The notes beneath the pieces are model-generated. The model saw nothing but the letters and a program-made list of their open reading frames with translations. It was not told the origin of the DNA and did not search any database. A stretch of DNA of 40,292 bases, from NCBI GenBank assembly GCA_965649215.1, contig CBFGJZ010000014.1, forward strand, positions 1-40,292. The letters run 5' to 3'. Positions 10,032 to 18,690 of this stretch are shown here, in pieces (position 1 is the first letter of the stretch; every line of letters starts with the position of its first letter). The DNA comes from a candidate division WOR-3 bacterium (GTDB taxonomy: Bacteria > Hydrothermota > Tepidihabitantia > Tepidihabitantales > CAIPLT01). The translations under genes were made by a program, and so were the position numbers.

Positions 10032-10565
10032 CTATTCGATTAATATCAAACAACAATAAGTTGGGGATTGACTAAAATCCTTGACGACTTCTAACTTAAC
10101 ATTAATATTAGCAGCGGTCTTGTAAACATCAATCCCGCATCCTTCCATTGATGGTCGTGCGATTTCTGGATGCGGGCAGGGTTTAGCAAGATCACATCTA
10201 TCAGGACATAAATTACATGGTCCTGCTGCCATGGCAAATGCTTTATAATAACCATCTAAAAACATCTCCCGTTCCACTTCGGCGATTATTTTACGGATTG
10301 TCTGCCGTTCTTTGCGCTCTTTGTGGGCTTGATATTGATAGCTACAAAACAAACCCACCTTATATTCGTTTAGCATTTGCTGAGTATAAGTTGGGGTTGG
10401 TGAATACGGTGGACAGGTATAGCGAGTTTGATAAGCGTCGCAACCATATTGGCACTTTAATCTCACCCAGTTAGCGACGACAATTTGACTGGGTTTAATC
10501 ATCTTCACTACTTTAGCACCGCCTGCTTTAAGCTTGCGAATATATTTTGCGTATTTAGACTTCAT
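10032..10565 (-). CDS. DUF2284-family Cys-rich predicted metal-binding protein
   Basis: KCQYGC...TCPP, GPCNLC..C....CPHPEIARPSMEGCGIDV. Confidence 0.85.
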   Translation of the reverse strand: MKSKYAKYIRKLKAGGAKVVKMIKPSQIVVANWVRLKCQYGCDAYQTRYTCPPYSPTPTYTQQMLNEYKVGLFCSYQYQAHKERKERQTIRKIIAEVEREMFLDGYYKAFAMAAGPCNLCPDRCDLAKPCPHPEIARPSMEGCGIDVYKTAANINVKLEVVKDFSQSPTYCCLILIE

Positions 10566-10963
10566 CGCGATAAGAAAAAAATTGCCAATAAAGCTAAGAT
10601 AATGCCAATAATATGATTAATTGTTAAGGGCTCTTTTAAGAATATAAATCCGAAAATGACCGGAATGATGATATAAAGGCCGGTCCAGGGCACAACTATT
10701 GAAACCGGTCCTTTAAACAACGCAATATAAAAACTAAAAGTGCCGATCATACCAATCACACCAATTAAGATTGCCCAAAAACTATTAAGATCAATTGTTA
10801 ATTTGGTGCGCGCTAAAGTGTAGACAATAATTGCGATAAAAGACCCTAAAGTTGTGTATAAAGCCAGCAATTCAGTTTTCATATTGTAAATTAGAATTTT
10901 TGGGAAAAATGCCCATAATCCCCAAAGTATCAAAGCAATCAGCGCATAAATTCGGTAGTCCAT
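10562..10963 (-). CDS. EamA/DMT-family small membrane transporter (single EamA domain)
   Basis: LILWGLWAFFPK, FYIALFKGPVSIVVP, FLKEPLT...IGI; hydrophobic helices; 4-nt overlap with the DUF2284 gene. Confidence 0.85.
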   Translation of the reverse strand: MDYRIYALIALILWGLWAFFPKILIYNMKTELLALYTTLGSFIAIIVYTLARTKLTIDLNSFWAILIGVIGMIGTFSFYIALFKGPVSIVVPWTGLYIIIPVIFGFIFLKEPLTINHIIGIILALLAIFFLSR

Positions 10964-10991
10964 AATTGATTATTGATATTTGATATTTTTA

Positions 10992-11062
10992 CTGGGGGAC
11001 AGGGATTCGAACCCCGATACGCAGATCCAGAGTCTGCAGTCCTGCCGTTAGACGATCCCCCA
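10992..11062 (-). tRNA. tRNA-Gln (anticodon CTG), CCA not encoded
   Basis: Minus strand reads TGGGGGATCGTCTAACGGCAGGACTGCAGACTCTGGATCTGCGTATCGGGGTTCGAATCCCTGTCCCCCAG. Acceptor stem TGGGGGA/TCCCCCA, anticodon arm GCAGA-CTCTGGA-TCTGC, T-loop GTTCGAATC. An upstream TTGACA...TAGACT promoter lies at about 11072-11100. Confidence 0.97.
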
Positions 11063-11142
11063 ATATTATTTAGTCTAATTTGATTTTCTCAAGTTGTCAA
11101 TTGAAATCTTGACATAAAGAATTAATTAAATTAAAGTAAAAT

Positions 11143-12399
11143 GTGTTACGGATTTTTCGCGCTCGGATCTGTAATTTTCCCAATGCGGATAATGCCTTAG
11201 ACTTTCCCAATGGTTTTATTGCCATCGATCTGCAAGGTAAAATTGTTGATTATGGCAACTGGGATAAAAGAAAAGCCCGCCAATATCAAAAATACCCCAC
11301 TTATGATTATACGGATTATATTATCCTGCCTGCTTTTATTGATATGCATCTTCACTTACCACAATTCCATCTGCGTGGCCATTATGGCGTTTCTTTACTG
11401 GACTGGCTTAAAGAATATATCATTCCTGCGGAAAACACTTTAAGCATTCCTGAAAAGACCGAATCCTTTATTAAAGCATTCTTTCAAGAGATGTGGCGCA
11501 GTGGCACAACGACTGCGTTAATCTTTTCTTCCAATTCCAAACAATTCACTGACCAAGCCTTTGCGGTCGCAAAACAGATTGGTTTTCGAGCAATTATTGG
11601 CAAAGTGATGACTGACCATAAGTTCTCTAACTTAAAGATGCCGATTGAACCCACTCAAAAATCAATCCGGGAAAGCATTGAACTCTATGAAAAATGGCAT
11701 GGCCATGGTGGTCATCTCTATTATGCATTCAGCCCCCGTTTTGCGCCCGCTTGCTCTGAATCATTACTCAAAGAAGTTGGCAAGTTTGCTTACCAACACA
11801 ATGCCTATATTCATACCCATCTGGCAGAAACGATTGATGAGATTAAACTGGTTAAGAAATTGTTTCCCAAATATAAAACTTATACTGAATTATACTATAA
11901 AACGGGTATTCTTTCTGAGAGAACCATTGTTGCTCATGCTATTCACTTACAGGACAGTGAATTCACACTCCTTGCCAAAACGCACACCAAAGTTGCCCAT
12001 TGTCCATCTTCTAATTTTTTCCTACATTCGGGTCTTGCCAACACCCAGAAGATGGAAGACTATGGCATTGAAATTGGTTTAGGTAGTGATATTGGCGCGG
12101 GTCCTTCGTTTTCGCTCTTTACCATTATGCGCGATGCTTATTATGTCCGAAGTATGGCACCAGCCAAAGCATTCTATTATGCCACCTTGGGCGCTGCCAA
12201 AGCACTAAAATTAGACGACCGCATTGGCAGTTTTGAAAAAGGCAAAGATGCCGACTTTGTGATTGTTAAATATCCTTATTGGTGTAATAAAGATGTATCC
12301 CGTACTCGCTTATTATCGCAACTTATGTTTCGGGGTGATGACCATTTAACCATTGAAACCTATACCCGCGGTCAAAAAGTCTATCAAAAAATCGGTTAA
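11143..12399 (+). CDS. guaD: Guanine deaminase (amidohydrolase superfamily)
   Basis: PAFIDMHLHLPQ, LLDWL, SPRFAPACS, HTHLAE, AHCPSSN..L.SG, GSDIGAG, LMFRGDD. Confidence 0.9.
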   Translation: MLRIFRARICNFPNADNALDFPNGFIAIDLQGKIVDYGNWDKRKARQYQKYPTYDYTDYIILPAFIDMHLHLPQFHLRGHYGVSLLDWLKEYIIPAENTLSIPEKTESFIKAFFQEMWRSGTTTALIFSSNSKQFTDQAFAVAKQIGFRAIIGKVMTDHKFSNLKMPIEPTQKSIRESIELYEKWHGHGGHLYYAFSPRFAPACSESLLKEVGKFAYQHNAYIHTHLAETIDEIKLVKKLFPKYKTYTELYYKTGILSERTIVAHAIHLQDSEFTLLAKTHTKVAHCPSSNFFLHSGLANTQKMEDYGIEIGLGSDIGAGPSFSLFTIMRDAYYVRSMAPAKAFYYATLGAAKALKLDDRIGSFEKGKDADFVIVKYPYWCNKDVSRTRLLSQLMFRGDDHLTIETYTRGQKVYQKIG

Positions 12400-12425
12400 C
12401 TGAACTCTACTCTAATAAAAAAGTA

Positions 12426-12496
12426 ACGGAAGGAACAGAGCGACGGCTAAATTAAAGTCTTCTTAATCGCCGTTTTGTTCGTCCGTAACCTTCCGT
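12426..12496. terminator. Long imperfect hairpin between convergent guaD and YfhO genes; probable bidirectional terminator or structured RNA
   Basis: Nested inverted repeats ACGGAAGG/CCTTCCGT, GAACA/TGTTC, ACGGC/GCCGT, ATTAA/TTAAT. Confidence 0.5.
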
Positions 12497-12500
12497 CCTC

Positions 12501-14777
12501 TTAACTATTAGACTGCTTTTTTTGATAAAGGTTGCAAATAATTATAAATATAATTGACCCCAGAACTACTAACACACATATTAATAATAATGAGATAAAG
12601 TATTTCTCTTGATAGTAAAACTCAACTTGATAATTACCGGCTGGCACCAATGCTCCCCGTAAGAAATAATTGACCGCTAATGTGGATGTGCTCTTACCAT
12701 TAATCCTCAGATACCAATTTGGATAATAATTCTCACTCAACACTAAAATTGCAGGTCGCTCGGTCTTAACATCAACTTTAATCTTATTTAAACTATATTC
12801 AATAATCTGTGCCGACCCTGTTTGTGCGGTCATATCAATCATCGGCTCTTTAGTTATTCTCTCTTCTAAAAGCACTCGATTTGTATAGTCAAATTCCGGA
12901 CGGTTCAGTTCTGCTAAAAGTGCTTCTTTATCAGAAATTGTCTCCCAATCATAATAAAGTTTAACTCGGGGCAGATAATTTTCTCTTTTGGCAATTGTTA
13001 GCTGCTTCTTAAGCGAATCAAACACGGTTGCGTATTTGACATTCATCAGGTTAAAAAATCGGTCACGGTCTAAATATTGCATTGCGCTCATATAGCGTTC
13101 TAATGATAAGGGATTATAACCATCAGTCGTCGCAAACTCCTGCACATAACCAATATTACGGGGCAGCAATAAGCCTTCTTTGGCTCGGATATTAACCCGC
13201 ATTAACTCTTTTGCATTCTCTTGCTTATAAAAATTCACCAAACGATTAGCGCCCCAATAAAGTTCCGGGTCAATTGTGCCTGAGTTATACTTATAACCAA
13301 AAATAAACAAATCTAAAAACGCCAATATAATAATTAAAATTGTAAATGCCGATTGCGATAGTCTTTTATTCAAATATAATCGGATTAAGCCAACACTTAA
13401 AATGACCAGTACCACAGTAACAATGATACTCCTTATCGCAATTGCTTTAGCACTCTCAGAAATCTGCGCGGGTAAGAAAAAGATTAAAATCACAGATAAG
13501 ACCACCAATCCTGCGCCCACTATCACAATCTTTCGTGCTTTAATTTTCAACCTCAAGAGATTTTCTAAACCAATACCCGAAAGCCAAATTGAGCCAAAAA
13601 TCAAAACATTTAAGAACTTGGCAGGAGTGCGGATATCCTTAAAAAACGGCACAAACTTATACAGAAAAATATGCAAGGGAAAATATTTCCCTAAGCCAAT
13701 GAAGAGTGGTATCAAGATTAAAAGCACAGGCAAAATAGTTGTTTTGCGAGTTGCCTTATAAAAAGCAAAGCCGATTAAGATTAAGGGAATCACGCCAAAA
13801 TATGCCATCTGCTCCCAATATTGATAATATTCCCCGGGTCCAAAAGTATTTGCCAGATTGCCCTGGCTGGTTGAACCAAAATAATTAGGAATTAAAAAAG
13901 TAATAAATCGCAAAGGATGGAACGAGCCTTTAACGATCTCTGCATAAGGATAAGCAGCACGAATTGATGACTTAAACAGAAAATAAGTTGGCAGATATTG
14001 GCAGGCAACGATCAATCCCATTATCAAAAATATTACGACAAAACTCGCCAGCAAATGGCCAAATCGTCGGGGAGTGACAAATAACTGATAAACAAAATAG
14101 ATAAAAACACCGCTTAAAATAATCACCAGTGCCTGCGGATAACCCGCAAGACCCGCAAAACCCAATAAAAGACCTGTGATTACCACTGACCCATATGATT
14201 TCAAACCCGCATCTCGTAATCCCCTTTGTAAAAATAAGAAGATAAATGGAATTAAGACAAAAGTCTGCACTTGTTGGGTATGAGTAAGATGGACAATAAA
14301 ATGGCCATTGAGCATATAGACAAGACCCATAAAAAATGCGGTTGTCTTACTCAAACGATTCTCTAAACCAAAATAGAACATCCCAATCCCTGCGATTAAC
14401 AGATGGAGAATCATAAAAATCTCAACCAGATAACTCGAAAGCCATCTGCCTGCTACAAATATCGTCAAGAGCAAATTCAATGGAAATAAGACACCAGTTT
14501 GCACATCACTAAAAAATGGCAACCCGCCAAAGATATAAGGATTCCAATACGGAAATACCTTATCCGCTAATGCGCGTGCCGCAAAAAGACGATAGGGAAA
14601 GTTCTGCTCTAAAAAATCCTCCCAGAAAAATCCTCTCTTAAAGAGAATCTCAAAAAAGAAAAAGCAGAGTAATAATAAGAGTAATATCACATAGGTGCGG
14701 TTTTGGGAAAATAATTTAGCCATCACATTCGGAGTTTTGCTGGCTCTAACCTGCTCACGATATTTCTCTTTTGCCAT
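12501..14777 (-). CDS. YfhO-family multi-pass membrane protein (GT-C-like glycosyltransferase)
   Basis: PYWNPYIFGGLPF, many TM helices, DGYNPL, C-terminal LVLSENYYPNW...VNYFLRGALVPAG.H/Y.VEFYY. Confidence 0.85.
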   Translation of the reverse strand: MAKEKYREQVRASKTPNVMAKLFSQNRTYVILLLLLLCFFFFEILFKRGFFWEDFLEQNFPYRLFAARALADKVFPYWNPYIFGGLPFFSDVQTGVLFPLNLLLTIFVAGRWLSSYLVEIFMILHLLIAGIGMFYFGLENRLSKTTAFFMGLVYMLNGHFIVHLTHTQQVQTFVLIPFIFLFLQRGLRDAGLKSYGSVVITGLLLGFAGLAGYPQALVIILSGVFIYFVYQLFVTPRRFGHLLASFVVIFLIMGLIVACQYLPTYFLFKSSIRAAYPYAEIVKGSFHPLRFITFLIPNYFGSTSQGNLANTFGPGEYYQYWEQMAYFGVIPLILIGFAFYKATRKTTILPVLLILIPLFIGLGKYFPLHIFLYKFVPFFKDIRTPAKFLNVLIFGSIWLSGIGLENLLRLKIKARKIVIVGAGLVVLSVILIFFLPAQISESAKAIAIRSIIVTVVLVILSVGLIRLYLNKRLSQSAFTILIIILAFLDLFIFGYKYNSGTIDPELYWGANRLVNFYKQENAKELMRVNIRAKEGLLLPRNIGYVQEFATTDGYNPLSLERYMSAMQYLDRDRFFNLMNVKYATVFDSLKKQLTIAKRENYLPRVKLYYDWETISDKEALLAELNRPEFDYTNRVLLEERITKEPMIDMTAQTGSAQIIEYSLNKIKVDVKTERPAILVLSENYYPNWYLRINGKSTSTLAVNYFLRGALVPAGNYQVEFYYQEKYFISLLLICVLVVLGSIIFIIICNLYQKKQSNS

Positions 14778-14832
14778 AGTTTGATACTATATCAAAAATA
14801 TTTTGAATGTCAATTTATTTTCTGACTATCCC

Positions 14833-16011
14833 CTATTCAGAGACGATTAACTTGCTTATCTCGCTTTCTGCTTTAATAAAATAAACTCCTTTTTGCAATC
14901 CACTCAGAGAGAGACTTTGCACTTTTGAAGTCCCGACCTCTTGCACTTTAATTATTTTGCCTGATATATCATATAATTTTACTATCTTCACGGATGATGG
15001 CGAGCGCACATAAACCACATTCTTGGCTGGGTTAGGATACACTCTTAACTTTTCTTTAACCACTTGCCCATTTTCAGACTCTTCAATTGCATCAATACCC
15101 GTTGAATACCAGACATCATTTAAGCGCGCATTATCATAACCACCTAAAACCCAGATTTTATTATCAAAGACCAAAGAATTATGTTCATAGCGGGCTGACC
15201 ATTGGACTTGACTATCAGCACAAAACCAGTTAATCCCATTAGTAGAATACCAAACATCATGCTTTCTACTGCCATCAGCAACAATGCCACCCAAAACCCA
15301 GATTGCATTATTAAAAACAACTGAACTATGACTTCTGCGTGCTTGCCACAGAGCATTATTTGTTGCAGCAGTCCAAGTCACACCGCTTGGCGAACACCAA
15401 ACATCATTCTTTAAGACTCCGTCACTGCCACCAATCACCCAGAGCATACTATCAAAAACCACCGCACTATGCCAATAACGAGCACTCCAGTTAGCATTGG
15501 CAGTTGCCTGTGTCCAATTAATACCATCTGAAGAATACCAGACTTCATTATTAAAACTACCTGTATAACCACCCAAAACCCAGATCTTATTATCAAAAAC
15601 AACTGAGGCATGATATTCGCGTGGGCTAAAATTGGCACTGGCAGTCGCCAAAGTCCAGTTTACACCATCTTGTGAATACCAAACATCATTCTTACGAGCA
15701 CCATCATAACCACCAATCACCCATAACTTATTTAAAAAGACCACGACACTATGTCCTCGTCGCGCTGACCATTGCGCTTGCGGCGTTGCACAAATCCAAC
15801 TATCCCCGCTCAACGAATACCAAACATCGTTCTTACGCGTTGCTTCCTGCCCGCCTAACACCCATAACTTATTATCAAAAACCGCCGAAGCAAACTTCTG
15901 CCGTGCCGACCATTGAGCCTGCGGTGTTGCTTGATACCATAACATATCCGCAAACAAACAATAAGATATAACAATTAATAAAAATATAATCTGAAAAACT
16001 CGCATAAGCAC
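14833..16011 (-). CDS. Secreted kelch-like beta-propeller protein with a T9SS-type C-terminal sorting domain
   Basis: Signal peptide; six ~47-aa repeats WSARxxHxxVVFDNKIWVLGG...NDVWYSxDGxNW; C-terminal LRVYPNPAK...LYDISGK...LQKGVYFIK...KLIV. Confidence 0.85.
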   Translation of the reverse strand: MLMRVFQIIFLLIVISYCLFADMLWYQATPQAQWSARQKFASAVFDNKLWVLGGQEATRKNDVWYSLSGDSWICATPQAQWSARRGHSVVVFLNKLWVIGGYDGARKNDVWYSQDGVNWTLATASANFSPREYHASVVFDNKIWVLGGYTGSFNNEVWYSSDGINWTQATANANWSARYWHSAVVFDSMLWVIGGSDGVLKNDVWCSPSGVTWTAATNNALWQARRSHSSVVFNNAIWVLGGIVADGSRKHDVWYSTNGINWFCADSQVQWSARYEHNSLVFDNKIWVLGGYDNARLNDVWYSTGIDAIEESENGQVVKEKLRVYPNPAKNVVYVRSPSSVKIVKLYDISGKIIKVQEVGTSKVQSLSLSGLQKGVYFIKAESEISKLIVSE

Positions 16012-16036
16012 CTCTCAATTTAACTTATCTCGGAAA

Positions 16037-16408
16037 TCAAGATTTGTCAATATCTACTTTCTTTTTAATTTTCACCTCTTTCGTTTGAGTCGCTTTACTA
16101 AATTGCCTTTGTCGGATATTTTCTATCACTTGCCAGACGACATTCATAGTTTGAAATCCTTTCACCTCTTTAACCGATTTATCTTCACAAGCACTCTCTT
16201 TTTGGGTCTTAATCGTTACTTGCAGTTTTTGGTCTTTGTCTTTAATAGAAGAATCAGAAGAAGAAAGATTATTATTATCTTTGTTTATTATTGATATCTT
16301 TGTATTATATTGTGCTGTTCTCTTTATGCGCACAGGGGCTGTTTCGTGAGCAAGAACAGGTCTTGGAAAATGTGGATAACTTTTCTTATCATTTAAGTTT
16401 TTTGCCAT
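16037..16408 (-). CDS. Hypothetical Lys/Asn/Ser-rich protein; possibly the C-terminal half of the upstream replication-like gene
   Basis: 123-aa ORF overlapping the upstream ORF by 16 nt, preceded by an SD-like AAAGGGTG; low-complexity linker-like composition. Confidence 0.45.
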   Translation of the reverse strand: MAKNLNDKKSYPHFPRPVLAHETAPVRIKRTAQYNTKISIINKDNNNLSSSDSSIKDKDQKLQVTIKTQKESACEDKSVKEVKGFQTMNVVWQVIENIRQRQFSKATQTKEVKIKKKVDIDKS

Positions 16409-16770
16409 TTTTTCACCCTTTCTAAATCCTTTCTACGATTAAAAAAATAATCAATCAACTTATCCGTAATCGTATAATACAAAGTATTATCCGATGCTTG
16501 AATGGTCTTAATCAAACCCAATTCTACTAAATGACGAATCCGCTTCGAAATTGCTGACTTCGACACAATTTTAAGACAGGGCATATTCAAAAGCAAATGT
16601 CGGTAATTCAACCAAATATACTCTTCGTTTTCATAGCGTATCCGTTTACTATTTTTGTAGAGAACAAAATCTTTCAGATAATCAATAATACACCATTCAA
16701 CCCAGTCGGTCTGATGCAAAAGCCCACTTTCCACTAAAGCTGACTGATTAATCGTAATCGTATATTTCAT
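16393..16770 (-). CDS. Winged helix-turn-helix protein resembling the N-terminal domain of phage/plasmid replication initiators
   Basis: MKYTITINQ...IIDYLKDF...YIWLNYRHLL.NMP.L...SKSAISKRIRHLVELGLIK...LYY.IT pattern, recognised by eye. Confidence 0.55.
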   Translation of the reverse strand: MKYTITINQSALVESGLLHQTDWVEWCIIDYLKDFVLYKNSKRIRYENEEYIWLNYRHLLLNMPCLKIVSKSAISKRIRHLVELGLIKTIQASDNTLYYTITDKLIDYFFNRRKDLERVKKWQKT

Positions 16771-17318
16771 AAAAATTCAACTCTCAAAGGCCAAAACATC
16801 AGGGATATGCTCATTGGACCTTTGAATGCTCTTCATATCCCTCTATAATGCTAAGATGCATAAAAAAGGCATTTTGGGTAAATTATTTTCAATTTCTTTA
16901 ATATTTTCGCATTTAGTTTACATAACCCATATAAAAATAGCTAACCAATACAAAACTTACCAAATTGCAATCAACTACCCGTCAGATTAAGACCACTACA
17001 ACCCTAAATAGTTGATACTCTCTAAAATACGAGAAACTTAACAAGACACTTCTAACTATCTATCTAACAAGACCTTAAAACAAATAACCTGTTTAGAAAC
17101 TTATTTCAGATATCCCGACTCTTCAAAAACCACCTATTACTAAAGCCAGGGGGTCATGGGGTGAGCTCTAGCTACCATTTAGAATAGATAAAACTTAATT
17201 TATCTCTTGACAATCAATAAGATAAGAAAATATTATCACTTATTGACTAACTCAAAATACCGAGTATTATCTTTACGCTATACAGTTATACAAATCTCAT
17301 ATGTGATGGAGGCGGTAT

Positions 17319-18002
17319 ATGAAAAGCATAATAAAAGCTATAATGCTCTTCGCGCTTATCTTACTACTCAGTTGTACGACCTTTACCTCATATCAAACTG
17401 CTCAGACCACATCTCCAAATCAACTTAAAATCGGTGGCGCCATAACCCCGGTTTTTATCGGCATTTCGGGCGGTGCTGGTGCTTATTTTGTGCCGATTCC
17501 TGAAATTGAAGCCAAACTTGGCGTATCTGACAATCTTGATTTTGGTGCGCGTTGGAGTTTTGGTCCGGGTGTTGCTTTGAATACCAAATACCAATTCTTA
17601 AAAAACAATTTTGACGGTGCGATATTTCTAGAAGGTTCTTTTTACGGATTAATGAGCCATGGCGAAGGATTTGGATTTTATTCATTTAAACCAACTCTCT
17701 TATTCAGCCGAGAAAAAGCAGGTATGACGCCGTTTAGTTTTGGTATCGGTCTATATCATTTTGGTGTTATCACCGGCGATGCTACAGGTGGTTTTACTTC
17801 ATTATGCGGACATGTTGGTATTCCCTACCGAATCGGTGCGAATCGCAATATCCGCATTATGCCCGAACTCACTTTCTTAGTGCCGTTATTTTCCAATTAC
17901 CATAGCAACAATCAATCCGGATTTACAACAAGTCTTGACGCTTTAGCCATAACATTTGGCATTGGTGTCGCAAATGTCAGTAGCTTAAGAATTATAAAAT
18001 AA
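17319..18002 (+). CDS. Putative lipoprotein / outer-membrane beta-barrel protein
   Basis: GGAGG SD, lipobox LLLSC, Gly/aromatic-rich amphipathic strands. Confidence 0.7.
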   Translation: MKSIIKAIMLFALILLLSCTTFTSYQTAQTTSPNQLKIGGAITPVFIGISGGAGAYFVPIPEIEAKLGVSDNLDFGARWSFGPGVALNTKYQFLKNNFDGAIFLEGSFYGLMSHGEGFGFYSFKPTLLFSREKAGMTPFSFGIGLYHFGVITGDATGGFTSLCGHVGIPYRIGANRNIRIMPELTFLVPLFSNYHSNNQSGFTTSLDALAITFGIGVANVSSLRIIK

Positions 18003-18110
18003 CATTATCCCTTTGTATAAAAAATTTATAAAACCCTTGACAAATAGTTTGACTGTTATACTATATTGGTGGTATGTCTGTACCATATTTCATTAAACGG
18101 AGGTGATGGT

Positions 18111-18440
18111 ATGAAAAAAGTAGTCTTGTTTGTAATTGCAAGTTGTTTATTATTAACTGCTTGTATGACCATTAAAGTCGTTGCCCCACCCAATCAAGAA
18201 GTAATGCTGATGTCTGAAACCGATGCTTCAACTTTTAGAATGACCCGACGGGCAATCTTTCTAATCGGTGGCTTAATCCCAATTGCTAATAATTCCACTG
18301 ATGATATGATTGCCAAATACAATTTAGAAAATGTCCGCGTCACGACTGAATTTGACATTATTGACTGGCTTATCAGCGGTGTTACCAGTGGTTTGGTTGT
18401 CACTAAATCAGTAACTATCGAAGGTAATGCTAAGAAATAA
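18111..18440 (+). CDS. Bor/Iss-like small lipoprotein
   Basis: True start is ATG 18111, after GGAGGTG. Lipobox LLTAC; FLIGGLIPI and ...DWLISGVTSGLVVTKSVTIEG pattern. Promoter TTGACA...TATACT at about 18038-18062. Confidence 0.65.
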   Translation: MKKVVLFVIASCLLLTACMTIKVVAPPNQEVMLMSETDASTFRMTRRAIFLIGGLIPIANNSTDDMIAKYNLENVRVTTEFDIIDWLISGVTSGLVVTKSVTIEGNAKK

Positions 18441-18457
18441 GAATATCTTAAAAAACT

Positions 18458-18483
18458 AAGGGGGCATCTCTGCCCCCTTTTTT
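18458..18483 (+). terminator. Rho-independent terminator
   Basis: AAGGGGGCA-TCTC-TGCCCCCTT followed by a T tract. Confidence 0.85.
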
Positions 18484-18690
18484 ATTGTTATCTTCTTATA
18501 CGATAAAAGTCGCGCTTAAAGTGACCGTGATATCTTTAGTCTTACTCGCAGTACGCTAAATCCAATAATCATTGACATCATCATTTATGCCATTTTTTTC
18601 ACTTCCGCAGTCAGAAACTCGACATCCTTTTAATTGCCTATAAGCAGCATTCTAATAACATCAGCAGCACAAATAAATATCAGTCATATT

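Noticed and set aside
10964..11062. tRNA-Gln as an integration site (att) for an island
   Set aside because: I saw no duplicated tRNA 3' end and no integrase in the window.
15100..15940. ~141-nt periodic repeats as a CRISPR array
   Set aside because: They are degenerate, in-frame kelch-like protein repeats with no identical repeat/unique spacer structure and no cas genes.
18490..18690. Possible decayed four-helix-bundle gene fragment on the minus strand (…EFLTAEVKKMA*MMMSMI…)
   Set aside because: The resemblance is too short and interrupted by stops to support without a search.
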